From: Candidatus Undinarchaeota archaeon
Lineage (GTDB): Archaea; SpSt-1190; JASMDC01
Assembly: GCA_964519305.1 (NCBI GenBank)
Contig: CAZFHY010000003.1
Location: 125,249-189,248, forward strand
Direction: 5' to 3'
DNA length: 64,000 nt
Shown here: positions 1 through 8,765 of the stretch, piece by piece
How the letters are laid out: every line of letters starts with the position of its first letter
How positions within the stretch are numbered: the first letter of the stretch is position 1
The notes under the pieces: model-generated
What the model was told of the DNA's origin: nothing
What the model saw: only the letters and a program-made list of their open reading frames with translations
Databases searched by the model: none
Translations under genes and position numbers: made by a program

Positions 1-504
1 CCCGCTGAGCTGGAAGTTGTCGTTGACCACGATGAGCCTGTTGACACGATGGTTCTTCATCAATGCACGGGCGGTGTCGATGCTCTCCTTCTCATTGATG
101 GTGATGGGTGAGAGGCTCATGAACTCCTCGACCGCCTCGTCACCTTCGTACTGTTTAAGGATATCATCGATGCAAACCGCACCCAGAAGATTGCCTTTGT
201 CCACGACAGGGATTGTCTCCACACCGGACTGAAGCATCTTCTCAGCAGCGCTTTCGACAGTGTCCTCTGGCTGGATGGTTGGGGGCGGGAACATCACGGT
301 GCGGATCTTGGATGTCGTCGGATTGATAGTACCGTCGAGGACACTGTGGATAGTGAGCATCCCTTCGAGCGTACTGTTCGACACGACGATCATCTCCCTG
401 ATCGACTTCCTTGTCATCTCGCTGATGGCCTTGACGACCGATCCGTCAGCGGATGCTTTGGGAACATCACTGCGGATCATGTCACGAGCAGAACTCTGCA
501 TCAT
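1..504 (-). CDS. CBS-domain protein (multiple CBS pairs), runs off the left edge
   Basis: Not in the ORF track; translated by hand from the ATG at 504: MMQSSARDMIRSDVPK...PTIQPEDTVESAAEKMLQSGVETIPVVDKGNLLGAVCIDDIL...PITINEKESIDTARALMKNHRVNRLIVV. These are typical CBS repeats. A GGAGGG SD lies upstream. Confidence 0.85.
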   Translation of the reverse strand, partial: MMQSSARDMIRSDVPKASADGSVVKAISEMTRKSIREMIVVSNSTLEGMLTIHSVLDGTINPTTSKIRTVMFPPPTIQPEDTVESAAEKMLQSGVETIPVVDKGNLLGAVCIDDILKQYEGDEAVEEFMSLSPITINEKESIDTARALMKNHRVNRLIVVNDNFQLSG

Positions 505-531
505 GGTCGTCCCTCCATGGAGGAACAATTA

Positions 532-2106
532 TTAACCTTTCGTTAAAGGGCGTCGCGCCATATACGGTCCCCTACGCTTGTAACCGAGCCTGCGGAAGTA
601 GGGGCGGACACCTATGCCACTAAGGATGAGCAGGCGTTCCTTATCCTGTTCACGGGCCATTGACTCGGCCTCTTCAAGGAGCTGGCGGCCAAGTCCGCGG
701 TGCTGTATGGCCTCTCGTTCATGCCCACCCAGTGGGAGCGCCTCTCCGCACACACGAAGCTCACGGACGATGGCGCAGTCCGTTCCCACTTCCTCGCGGT
801 GCGCCTGGGGGGAAGGGAAGCGAAGACGGCAGTAGCCTAGGAGAGCGTCATCCTCATCATCGGCCGAGATGAAGAGCTCGGTACCGTTACCCGCTTCGTA
901 CTGTTCAATGTTGAAACCGATGGCTTCTGCCGGCGCTGGTCGCTCTTTGCGTTGCCCTCGACCCACCTCTCGGCATCTGATGCACGAACACTTTGTGCCA
1001 CGTTTCGCCATCTCCCTTTCGACGAGCTCTGCAAGGTTCCCCGCCAACACGCCATCAGCGATGTGATTGGACGGGATGTCCCGTAGGATACGCATGGTGC
1101 GGACCCAGCGCGGCATCATGGACTTCACCTCGACCAGCAGATTCACCATCTCCTCTGTCGTTGGAGGGTGGTAGTCACCTTGACGCCATATATCGTACAA
1201 TCCGGTCCCTTCCAGGACCTGCGTGGGGTAGACCTTGACCATATCGGGACAGAACCGTGGATCGGTGAACACTTGGCGGAAGCTCTCGAGGTCCCGATCC
1301 CTGTTAGAACCAGGGAGCCCTGGCATGATGTGGTAATTGACCTTTAGCCCAGCATCACGGGCGGTCCTCGTCGCTTCAACAGCGTCCGCTACGGTGTGAC
1401 CTCGTCCCACCAGCTCGTAAACATCATCGAAGACTGTCTGGACGCCTAGTTCTACCCTGGTAGCGCCCAGCCTGAGCATGAGGTCGATATGGTCCTCCCT
1501 ACAGTAGTCAGGTCTCGTCTCGAAGGTTATGCTCACACAGCGATGCGAGGCATGCTCGTTCTTGCGCTGTGCCTCAAGGAGAGTAGGTGAATCTCCATTG
1601 TTGAGCGCATCGAGGCAACGATGGACGAAGTGCTCTTGCTCCGTGGGAGGACAGGAAGGAAAGGTACCTCCCATTATGATGAGCTCTACCTTGTCAGTAG
1701 AGTGCCCTGTCCTCTCCAGTTGTGTGACCCTAGCATTGGTCTGATCGAATGGATCGAATCCATGGGCGATGGCCCGCATAGCCGCCGGTTCATGCCCTGT
1801 ATAGCTCTGTGGTGCCTTATCGCCGCGGGGGCAGTAGGAGCAGGTTCCATGTGGACACGGTGCAGGTGCGCTCATGACGGCGATCACAGCCACACCCGAA
1901 AGGGAGCGGACAGGCTTCGTCCTCAGTACGGCGCGCCATTGCTTCTGTTCCTCCTCTGATAAGGCCGTGAGGACGTCCGCATTCGATGGTACACCGCCTA
2001 GTGCGAACTCGCGTGCGACTTCTAGCTTGATAGTGTTCAGGTCACCCGCACCTCGGATCTTGAGCTTCAGTATGATGGCTCCTGCTGCCTCCCTGGAAAG
2101 CTCCAC
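532..2106 (-). CDS. elp3: Elp3 tRNA uridine(34) carboxymethyl/acetyltransferase (radical SAM + GNAT)
   Basis: KPVRSLSGVAVIAVM, CPHGTCSYCP, MGGTF, ETRPD, ELGVQ and a C-terminal GNAT (QHRGLGRQLL...GVRPYFRRLGY). Confidence 0.96.
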   Translation of the reverse strand: MELSREAAGAIILKLKIRGAGDLNTIKLEVAREFALGGVPSNADVLTALSEEEQKQWRAVLRTKPVRSLSGVAVIAVMSAPAPCPHGTCSYCPRGDKAPQSYTGHEPAAMRAIAHGFDPFDQTNARVTQLERTGHSTDKVELIIMGGTFPSCPPTEQEHFVHRCLDALNNGDSPTLLEAQRKNEHASHRCVSITFETRPDYCREDHIDLMLRLGATRVELGVQTVFDDVYELVGRGHTVADAVEATRTARDAGLKVNYHIMPGLPGSNRDRDLESFRQVFTDPRFCPDMVKVYPTQVLEGTGLYDIWRQGDYHPPTTEEMVNLLVEVKSMMPRWVRTMRILRDIPSNHIADGVLAGNLAELVEREMAKRGTKCSCIRCREVGRGQRKERPAPAEAIGFNIEQYEAGNGTELFISADDEDDALLGYCRLRFPSPQAHREEVGTDCAIVRELRVCGEALPLGGHEREAIQHRGLGRQLLEEAESMAREQDKERLLILSGIGVRPYFRRLGYKRRGPYMARRPLTKG

Positions 2107-2129
2107 GAGCCCGGCTCTCGGGATAAATC

Positions 2130-2137
2130 CTTAAAGG
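2130..2137. promoter_or_regulatory. AT-rich TATA-like element between divergent elp3 and RDD genes
   Basis: CTTAAAGG lies about 25 nt from both the elp3 GTG (2106) and the RDD ATG (2160). Confidence 0.45.
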
Positions 2138-2159
2138 TATGCCGGGGAGACTCGTTCGA

Positions 2160-2963
2160 ATGAAGGACGAGGTATCCGATAACGACGGACGGATCCGGGA
2201 TGGGGAACCCCCGGTGACCATGAAGGCCGCTCAAAAGACCGAGCCCTCCGTCAAACCGCGGACCACAAAGCCCGTTCACCCTGTACCAGCATCACGGTAT
2301 CCCGGGGACGAGACCGGATTCTCCAACGAGGAGCGTGCCCTTGCCTTCGAGCTCATCGGCGACCTTGCCGTTGTGGGACGCGCAGGCATCTTCAAACGGC
2401 TAGCGGCGGGCCTAATCGATATAACCCTCGTGCTTATTTTCATCGTATGGCCGTGCATGGTAGCAGTGACGTTCTCCTCGGACATCGACCTGAACGAGGC
2501 CGATAGCTTCGAACTATCGAGCGATGATCCCGAGCAGTTCATTGAGGAGCATCAGACCCTTTTCAACGCCATACAACGCGCCCTTATACTCTCTGGGATC
2601 CTGGTTATCGTCTACTTCGCGATTACAGAAGGGACATTAGGTCAGAGCATTGGGAAGGCGTTCATGGACATCGGAGTCATCGCTGAGGACACATCACCAC
2701 TGGGTATCTCTGCGGCGCTTGGTCGTAACGTGCTCAAAGGAACCCTGATCGCTTCAATGGTGACCGTGCTAGCACCCGTTGTCCTAGTAGTATTCCTTAT
2801 TGACGTGATTTCCCTCATCTATGCTGATAAACACCAGCGTTACCTCGATCGGTTCGTAGGCTCGGTGTGTGTCGAGGGTTATGTGCTCGAACACAGCAAG
2901 AAAGGCTCAACCTCATCTACGGATGGCGAGTTCATTACATTCAAGGGGGCGGACAAGCGATGA
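2160..2963 (+). CDS. RDD family membrane protein
   Basis: AGIFKRLAAGLID, GQSIGKAFMDIGV and QRYLDRFVGSVCV motifs. The start could instead be 2139. Confidence 0.85.
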   Translation: MKDEVSDNDGRIRDGEPPVTMKAAQKTEPSVKPRTTKPVHPVPASRYPGDETGFSNEERALAFELIGDLAVVGRAGIFKRLAAGLIDITLVLIFIVWPCMVAVTFSSDIDLNEADSFELSSDDPEQFIEEHQTLFNAIQRALILSGILVIVYFAITEGTLGQSIGKAFMDIGVIAEDTSPLGISAALGRNVLKGTLIASMVTVLAPVVLVVFLIDVISLIYADKHQRYLDRFVGSVCVEGYVLEHSKKGSTSSTDGEFITFKGADKR

Positions 2964-3880
2964 ACATGAAGAACATCGGTATAGGTTTTCTAATCCTCAT
3001 AGGGCTCTTCCTCGTGAGCATCATTATGGGGGCTCTAGTGTCAGTGTCAACCGAGGACGTTGTGGGGGAGGCGATAGGTGTCATACGCCTTGATGGTATC
3101 ATCTCCTACGATGAGTCAGTCGGGATTCTTGGAGGCACCTCTGACATCGAGGATGTCATTACGCAACTCGACAAAGCTCGTAAAACCGGTAATATCAAGG
3201 GAGTCCTTCTGATCATCAACAGTCCTGGCGGAGCCCCAGTGGCCAGCCATGAGCTAGTTCGGGCTATCGAGCGTGTTAAGGAGCAGAAGCCTGTCGTTGC
3301 ATGGATCGCCGACGTGGGGGCATCGGGTGCCTATTGGGCAGCCTCAGCATGCAACCGAACAGTGGCCGACGAACTCTCTGTCACGGGTTCTGTCGGCGTT
3401 ATCTCACAGCATATGGATTATGGTGGCCTGTACGACAAGCTCGGGATAAACACTACTATCATCAAGGGCGGCCGGCTAAAGGATGCCGGAGCGAGCCATC
3501 GTCCATTGACCGATGAGGAACTGGAGCTCATCCAAGAAATTGTCAACACAACGCATACGGTCTTCATCCAGGACGTGATACGGAACCGGGGCCTTACGAC
3601 CGAGCAGGCGCTAGCCGTGTCAACTGGTCGGCTCTTCGTCGGTATCCAGGCCAAGGACATCGGTCTGGTGGACGAACTTGGGGGGAAGAATGATGCCCTC
3701 CGTGTCGTGACGGACCTTGCAGGGGTCCAATGGCGTCCGAGGACCATCGACCTGAAGACCAAGAAGGGATTCCTCGAGCTCATGGACGGGCTCACAGCGA
3801 CTCTCGGCTATGGCATCGGCCGGGGGATGGTCGCTTCCGCCGAGCAGACGGCGACACAGCAAGTGCTCTCTATGGGGTGA
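2960..3880 (+). CDS. sppA: Signal peptide peptidase SppA (S49, 36K type)
   Basis: N-terminal TM, INSPGG, GASGAYWAA, GSVGV, KGGRLKD, TGRLFVG and GLVDELGG. ATGA overlap with the RDD stop. Confidence 0.93.
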   Translation: MNMKNIGIGFLILIGLFLVSIIMGALVSVSTEDVVGEAIGVIRLDGIISYDESVGILGGTSDIEDVITQLDKARKTGNIKGVLLIINSPGGAPVASHELVRAIERVKEQKPVVAWIADVGASGAYWAASACNRTVADELSVTGSVGVISQHMDYGGLYDKLGINTTIIKGGRLKDAGASHRPLTDEELELIQEIVNTTHTVFIQDVIRNRGLTTEQALAVSTGRLFVGIQAKDIGLVDELGGKNDALRVVTDLAGVQWRPRTIDLKTKKGFLELMDGLTATLGYGIGRGMVASAEQTATQQVLSMG

Positions 3881-3966
3881 CCTCTCTCATGAGTGTGGAA
3901 CTGATGATGGATGGGCACCTGTAACGGATGACCATTATAGGGTCTCTGTGGCCTCTCATCGACAAA

Positions 3967-3974
3967 TTTATAAG
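3967..3974 (+). promoter_or_regulatory. TATA box of the psd-methyltransferase-pssA operon
   Basis: TTTATAAG ends 25 nt before the ATG at 3999, implying a leaderless or short-leader transcript. Confidence 0.6.
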
Positions 3975-3998
3975 TCAGGTGGGGCACAATTCCTTGAC

Positions 3999-4646
3999 AT
4001 GGAGCCCCTCCTATTACAAGGACTCCTCTCGTTTGGAATAGTTTGCGGGCTCTTTTACATATTCTTCCACCGGGACCCTGAACGCATGCCTCCTGAAGAG
4101 GATGACATAATCCTTAGTCCGGCGGACGGTTGGATCAAGTGTGTTAAACGCATCATGCCCGGAGAGGTCCCCGTCGTAGAGAAATATGGTCGTGAGATCG
4201 AGCTTGTCGACCTGCCCCATATGGGGATTCTCGAAGAGGGTAAGGGCGGTTTCCTGGTAAGTGTCTACATGTCCCTCATGGACGTCCACGTGAACCGGTC
4301 CCCTGTGGGAGGGACGGTCGAGAACATCCAGTACCGACCGGGAAAGCTCAAGCTCCTCGTTGGACGCACTTTCCAGGCGGAGAACGAACGTAACACACTT
4401 GTGCTCCAGAATGAGGACCATGACATGAAAGTAGGTGTGGTCCAGATAGCTTCCCCCTTCGTGCGCAGGATCGATTGTTACGTCGCTGACGGTGAGCCTG
4501 TCGAGCTCGGTCAGCGGATCGGCATGATCCGGCTCGGGAGCCAGGTCGATCTAATCCTCCCTGACAAGAAAGGGCTCGAGATCGTGGCACACAAGGGGAT
4601 GCGCGTTCGGGCTGGTACTTCAATCTTAGCTAGGTTACGAAGATGA
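3999..4646 (+). CDS. psd: Phosphatidyl/archaetidylserine decarboxylase proenzyme
   Basis: FFHRDPER, ILSPADG, YMSLMDVHVNRSP, NERN and the GMIRLGSQVD self-cleavage (GS) motif. Confidence 0.93.
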   Translation: MEPLLLQGLLSFGIVCGLFYIFFHRDPERMPPEEDDIILSPADGWIKCVKRIMPGEVPVVEKYGREIELVDLPHMGILEEGKGGFLVSVYMSLMDVHVNRSPVGGTVENIQYRPGKLKLLVGRTFQAENERNTLVLQNEDHDMKVGVVQIASPFVRRIDCYVADGEPVELGQRIGMIRLGSQVDLILPDKKGLEIVAHKGMRVRAGTSILARLRR

Positions 4647-5242
4647 GCTTCACATTCCTTTGCGAGGCAGCCAGGGACTTCCGCGCCATAGGCTCACCCA
4701 TACCTTCCCTGGGGGTAGCTGTCCGGCTCATGGTCCGCCAGGCCGGAGTGAAGGAGGGGGATGTCATTGCCGACGCGGGAGCCGGAACGGGTGTCATCGC
4801 GATCGAGGCTGCGCGTAAGGTCGGTCCATCCGGCCATGTCATAGCCGTCGAGAACAACAAGAACCTCTGTAAAAAAGCACGCAAACGCATAAAACGCGCG
4901 GATATGGAAGACCGCATCACACTTATCGAGGGTGATGCCTTCAAACTGCGCAAGTACCTCGCGGACTTGGACGGACGACCCGATCGGTTCGACGCTGTGC
5001 TCTCGTCTGTGCCCATCAGCTATCTACCCGATCCGACAGTTTATATCAAGAGCCTAGCGGACGCGACCAAGCCCGGCGGCACTGTCGTTCAGGAGACCCA
5101 TTTTGCACAGAAGGTAAGACACCTATTCCGTGAGGTAGGTCTCCAAGGGATCCACTCAGCTTTCACTATCATCACCTTCGCTCCTGGAGCAGTAGTCTCA
5201 GGAAAAGTACCGAATGAAGTCAAGGTGTCCGGCCAACGATGA
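4643..5242 (+). CDS. Class I SAM methyltransferase, PmtA-like phospholipid N-methyltransferase
   Basis: SAM motif DAGAGTG. The N-terminus FLCEAARDFRAIGSPIPS and FDAVLSSVP resemble rhizobial-type PmtA. Translationally coupled to both psd and pssA. Confidence 0.75.
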   Translation: MSFTFLCEAARDFRAIGSPIPSLGVAVRLMVRQAGVKEGDVIADAGAGTGVIAIEAARKVGPSGHVIAVENNKNLCKKARKRIKRADMEDRITLIEGDAFKLRKYLADLDGRPDRFDAVLSSVPISYLPDPTVYIKSLADATKPGGTVVQETHFAQKVRHLFREVGLQGIHSAFTIITFAPGAVVSGKVPNEVKVSGQR

Positions 5243-5940
5243 TCCGTGGGATGCTCGCTTTCATTGGAATAAAGGATCTGGTCACGATCTGCAACGCCTT
5301 CGCCGGCTGCGCCGCGATCGTCGTGGCTGCCAAAGGGGGGAACGTTCCGCTCGCATGCGGGCTCATCTTCCTTGCAGCGGTGTTCGACTTCCTCGATGGT
5401 GGGTTGGCGCGCGCTACAGCACCCAATCCCTTCGGCAAGGAACTGGACTCGCTCTGTGATGCCATCTCCTTCGGATTGGCACCGGCCTTACTTGTGTTCT
5501 TCCAGGGCCCGACCGTACCTCTTCACTACCTCGCAGCTCCCTTGATATACCTTGGCGGGGCGATCTTCCGCTTGGCACGCTTTAATGTCACGACACAGAA
5601 GAACTTTACCGGGATACCTTCGCCTGCGGCAGCCCTCACAGCAGCGGCCTTGACGCTTGCAGGTCTTTCATGGCAGATGCTCCATGGTACACTTGTCGTG
5701 CTTTCTTTCCTTATGATCTGCGACATCGAGTACCCGTCGCAGAAGAACCTCAAGTCCAGCCAGATACTCTTCATCGCTATCCTGGGCGTGATTGCCTACA
5801 TTGGGGTCAGCTCTCTGGGAGGTAACGTCCTTGGGACCGCTGGGTCCGCAATAGGTGTTGGCTACATACTCTCCCCTCTCGTTCTGTACGGGAATGCATC
5901 TGATCATGAAGAAGAGACTAAGGATACGGACGAGGAGTGA
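5239..5940 (+). CDS. pssA: CDP-alcohol phosphatidyltransferase, phosphatidyl/archaetidylserine synthase
   Basis: DFLDGGLARATAPNPFGKELDSLCD signature, SFGLAPA and RLARFN...FTGIPSPAAA. Confidence 0.92.
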   Translation: MIRGMLAFIGIKDLVTICNAFAGCAAIVVAAKGGNVPLACGLIFLAAVFDFLDGGLARATAPNPFGKELDSLCDAISFGLAPALLVFFQGPTVPLHYLAAPLIYLGGAIFRLARFNVTTQKNFTGIPSPAAALTAAALTLAGLSWQMLHGTLVVLSFLMICDIEYPSQKNLKSSQILFIAILGVIAYIGVSSLGGNVLGTAGSAIGVGYILSPLVLYGNASDHEEETKDTDEE

Positions 5941-5991
5941 GAGCACGACGTCTAGCATCCATTTAAATTAATTAATAGCCAAAGCACCGGT

Positions 5992-6669
5992 ATGGGCCAT
6001 GGAATGGGTCTAACCGATGAAATGCGGTATCTACTCATAGTCTCTCTCTTCGGCTTCACGGGAGTGATCCTTGCGTGGGCACTGAACATGGTGTTCGTGT
6101 ATCTTGCCAATGAGATCGTCGTGTCGCTGGGTGCAGTTGGGCGTCTCATTCCTGGTCTCGCTGACCATCTCGTGACCTTGGTATCTGGTTCGCTTTGGGG
6201 CTTCTTCGTATTCCTAGGCGTGGTCCAAGCCCGAGGGAAACGACAGAAGACTACCACATCACAGTTTACCTTGTGTTCCATTTCCTTGGGATTCGCTCTT
6301 CTGGGCGCGAGCGCAGTGATCGAGCTCCTAGGTATGATACTTCCCGGGCTAGTTAATGTAGTCGGCCATATCCTGCATGGAGCGCTCCTCGGATGCCTCT
6401 ACGGTTCCTTCCTGGCACTTATCATGCGGCTGGATGTCTGGCACATGTTCGTACCCCTCCTCAGTGTAGGTGGGGCGGTCGGCGCCTTAGCGGTAAGGGT
6501 CCTCCAAGATGTTCCCACTAGCGCCCAGGGGACTATCGAAGTGTATCTCTCTCAGTACGCCTTTACGTCCCAAGGATTCGTGCTCGGATTGTTCGCGGGA
6601 TACGCATTCTTCCTGTGCGACATGCATATGGGGATCTTGCGTCATGCCCGGTGGATGCCGGAGGACTAG
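5992..6669 (+). CDS. Hypothetical multi-pass membrane protein
   Basis: 225-aa ORF with about 6 Gly-rich hydrophobic helices. TTTAAATT TATA-like element at 5962. Confidence 0.7.
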   Translation: MGHGMGLTDEMRYLLIVSLFGFTGVILAWALNMVFVYLANEIVVSLGAVGRLIPGLADHLVTLVSGSLWGFFVFLGVVQARGKRQKTTTSQFTLCSISLGFALLGASAVIELLGMILPGLVNVVGHILHGALLGCLYGSFLALIMRLDVWHMFVPLLSVGGAVGALAVRVLQDVPTSAQGTIEVYLSQYAFTSQGFVLGLFAGYAFFLCDMHMGILRHARWMPED

Positions 6670-7997
6670 CTGTCCTCTACCGGTTCTTCCTCCCTTAAGC
6701 GTGCGACCTCTTTCCTGAGACGGTGTACGATCTCGCGGTCAGGGAGCAGACCGTCGGGTGCTTCCAAGGGTGCCCGCATGCGAACAGGTACACCATCCAT
6801 ACGGTACGCTGTCCCCTCGGACTCGATTCCGGTGAAAGCGCAGGGGATGTAAACGTCCGCGAGCTCGGATGTGACGTTCCATACAGGATCGATGACGATG
6901 ACCGGGATGCGTCGTAGGGCGCCGAGGGACTTGAGCGGTAAGTGGGCAGCAGGATCCGAGGCCACCACTAGGAGACAATCGCACTCACCCGAGGAGAGGA
7001 CCGGGAACAGGTCGGTCTCACCGGGATTATAGCGGGGGTGCCCGCGGGAGAGATCGACGGCGAAAGGGTAACCCGTTCGCCAAGTGAACGCTTCACATGC
7101 ACCCGTGACATTGAAATGTCCTCGCATAGGAAGGACAACGGCCTTCGTATGTTCGCTCAGGTCCCTGAGGAGCGAGAGGAGGGCGTCAACGTTACGATGG
7201 CGCCCCGTTGATGTTGTCAGTCCCAGTCCGAAGAAAAAGGCACAGAACTCGCTGTCTTTGAGCTTGTCAGAGAGCCATCGGAGCTCATCCAGTGGAATCC
7301 CATCGATGGAGTCGGGCATATCCTGTCCTTGGATGAGCATACGTAAGGCACAGAGCACCTCGTAATCACTCCCCGGTCTGACCTTTATGAACCTGTCGGC
7401 CACCTCGGCCGTACCCGTGGGACGGACATCTACCACGACCACCTGTCGATCGTCACGGCCTTTCTTCCGGAACGCACCTTCTGGGAAGACAGAGTAGCGG
7501 CTCATGTGCCGGTCGTGTGATGCGGCGGGATTCGAGCCCCAGTACACCACACAGTCTGCATGGTTGAGCACCTCGCCAAGCGTCGCTGAAGAGATCCCTA
7601 CTTCTTGGACGGCTTGGATGGAGGGTCCGTGGCAGAAGGATGAGCAGTTGTCGATCAGGGCTCCAAGTTCCTCCGCGAGGTCGAGCCCCTCGCATATGGT
7701 CTCAGTACTTGTTGAGCTCCAACCGAACAGGACGGGGCGCTCGGCCTTTTCAAGCAGCATTGCCGCCTGTTTCAGGGATTCATCCAGTGTGGCATCGCGG
7801 AAGTGGTCCGTCCGGACTTCCTTGAAATCTCCGTTCTTCACTCTGATCCTGGGGACGAGCTCTCGAGATGATGGCTTGGAGAATGCATGATCGCCGACCT
7901 TACAGGCATTGCATACATCCTCGATCGTGTTCTCTGAAGTACGCACTTCGATATCGTCACATAGGCATCCGCAATAGGGACACACGACATCTTTCAA
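6666..7997 (-). CDS. fwdB: Formylmethanofuran dehydrogenase subunit B (Mo/W-bisPGD)
   Basis: VVCPYCGCLCDDI...C Fe-S motif, metal-ligand CHGPS, WGSNP, HxRHMSRYS, PMRGHFNV, WRTGYPFAVD and GTAYRMDGVP. TTG start overlaps the fwdD stop. Confidence 0.93.
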   Translation of the reverse strand: MKDVVCPYCGCLCDDIEVRTSENTIEDVCNACKVGDHAFSKPSSRELVPRIRVKNGDFKEVRTDHFRDATLDESLKQAAMLLEKAERPVLFGWSSTSTETICEGLDLAEELGALIDNCSSFCHGPSIQAVQEVGISSATLGEVLNHADCVVYWGSNPAASHDRHMSRYSVFPEGAFRKKGRDDRQVVVVDVRPTGTAEVADRFIKVRPGSDYEVLCALRMLIQGQDMPDSIDGIPLDELRWLSDKLKDSEFCAFFFGLGLTTSTGRHRNVDALLSLLRDLSEHTKAVVLPMRGHFNVTGACEAFTWRTGYPFAVDLSRGHPRYNPGETDLFPVLSSGECDCLLVVASDPAAHLPLKSLGALRRIPVIVIDPVWNVTSELADVYIPCAFTGIESEGTAYRMDGVPVRMRAPLEAPDGLLPDREIVHRLRKEVARLREEEPVEDS

Positions 7998-8404
7998 GGT
8001 ACAGCCCTCCTGAGAAGGTCGCGTACACTCTCTACATCCTCACCAAGCGCCCGTGATACTCTGGCATCCAGACCTTTGAGACCTGGTAATCCTGAGCCCT
8101 CGCATGCATCGGTGCTCACAGCACTGGCCCATGGGCCAATAGGTATCGATACAAGTCCCTTCATACCCTCGAGGCCAGCCAGTACCCGGACGACGACCGA
8201 TCCGCCATCGGTAGTAACGCGGACGGTATCTCCTTCTGCCACGCCCAACGAACGCATGTCCGATGGAGCAAGGGAACAAATCCCTACGTTCTCGCGGTAT
8301 TCAGCGTGGAGCTTCTTATGGATGGTCGTACCCTGGCCTACAGTGCGCATGGTGACCAGGGTGAGCGTCAGCTCCTTAGACCGTCCCATGGCTATGGTCC
8401 CCAC
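7994..8404 (-). CDS. fwdD: Formylmethanofuran dehydrogenase subunit D (molybdopterin dinucleotide-binding)
   Basis: LVTMRTVGQG, DMRSLGVAEGDTVRV and IPIGPWASAV...GLPGLKG. AGGAGG SD. Confidence 0.9.
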   Translation of the reverse strand: MGTIAMGRSKELTLTLVTMRTVGQGTTIHKKLHAEYRENVGICSLAPSDMRSLGVAEGDTVRVTTDGGSVVVRVLAGLEGMKGLVSIPIGPWASAVSTDACEGSGLPGLKGLDARVSRALGEDVESVRDLLRRAVP

Positions 8405-8445
8405 TGGGCCTCCTTATTTTATGATCAGGCCTTTGTCGGACCCGA

Positions 8446-8745
8446 TCACTCCTTCTTCTTCAACACGACCTCGAACTGGCCATCCCAGCCAGCCCCTTGG
8501 ACCTTAAGGCCGTCTTCCTTTGCCTTGTCCAGGAACTCACGCAGGGGTTCGAGCATGTCGACCAGGAAACCGACCTGGGCGTTCACAGTAACGCCCTCGC
8601 GTCGGATACCGTGCATAGCGCAGATGACCGCATGCATATCGTTCGCGGAATCAGCATTGCATTCGACACCCTCTTTGTATCCCAACATCTTTCCTAGCGG
8701 GCAGATATCGCATCGTGTGAATGACTTGACGTTGTCGAAACCCAT
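8446..8745 (-). CDS. Small hypothetical Cys-containing protein
   Basis: Fills the operon gap between the M42 peptidase and fwdD. GGTGAT SD; CDIC plus two further Cys. Confidence 0.7.
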   Translation of the reverse strand: MGFDNVKSFTRCDICPLGKMLGYKEGVECNADSANDMHAVICAMHGIRREGVTVNAQVGFLVDMLEPLREFLDKAKEDGLKVQGAGWDGQFEVVLKKKE

Positions 8746-8765
8746 GAGTATCACCAATTAGCCCC

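Noticed and set aside
2867-3998. ORF-track long starts for sppA (2867) and psd (3810), and likewise 10727, 13870, 18394 and 36766
   Set aside because: The extensions overlap neighbouring genes or promoters. Downstream starts fit the TATA/SD positions and the family N-termini.
6666-8404. fwdBD as evidence of methanogenesis or a Wood-Ljungdahl pathway, or of a selenocysteine FwuB
   Set aside because: No other C1 genes are in the window. The ligand position is a normal Cys (CHGP) with no in-frame TGA.
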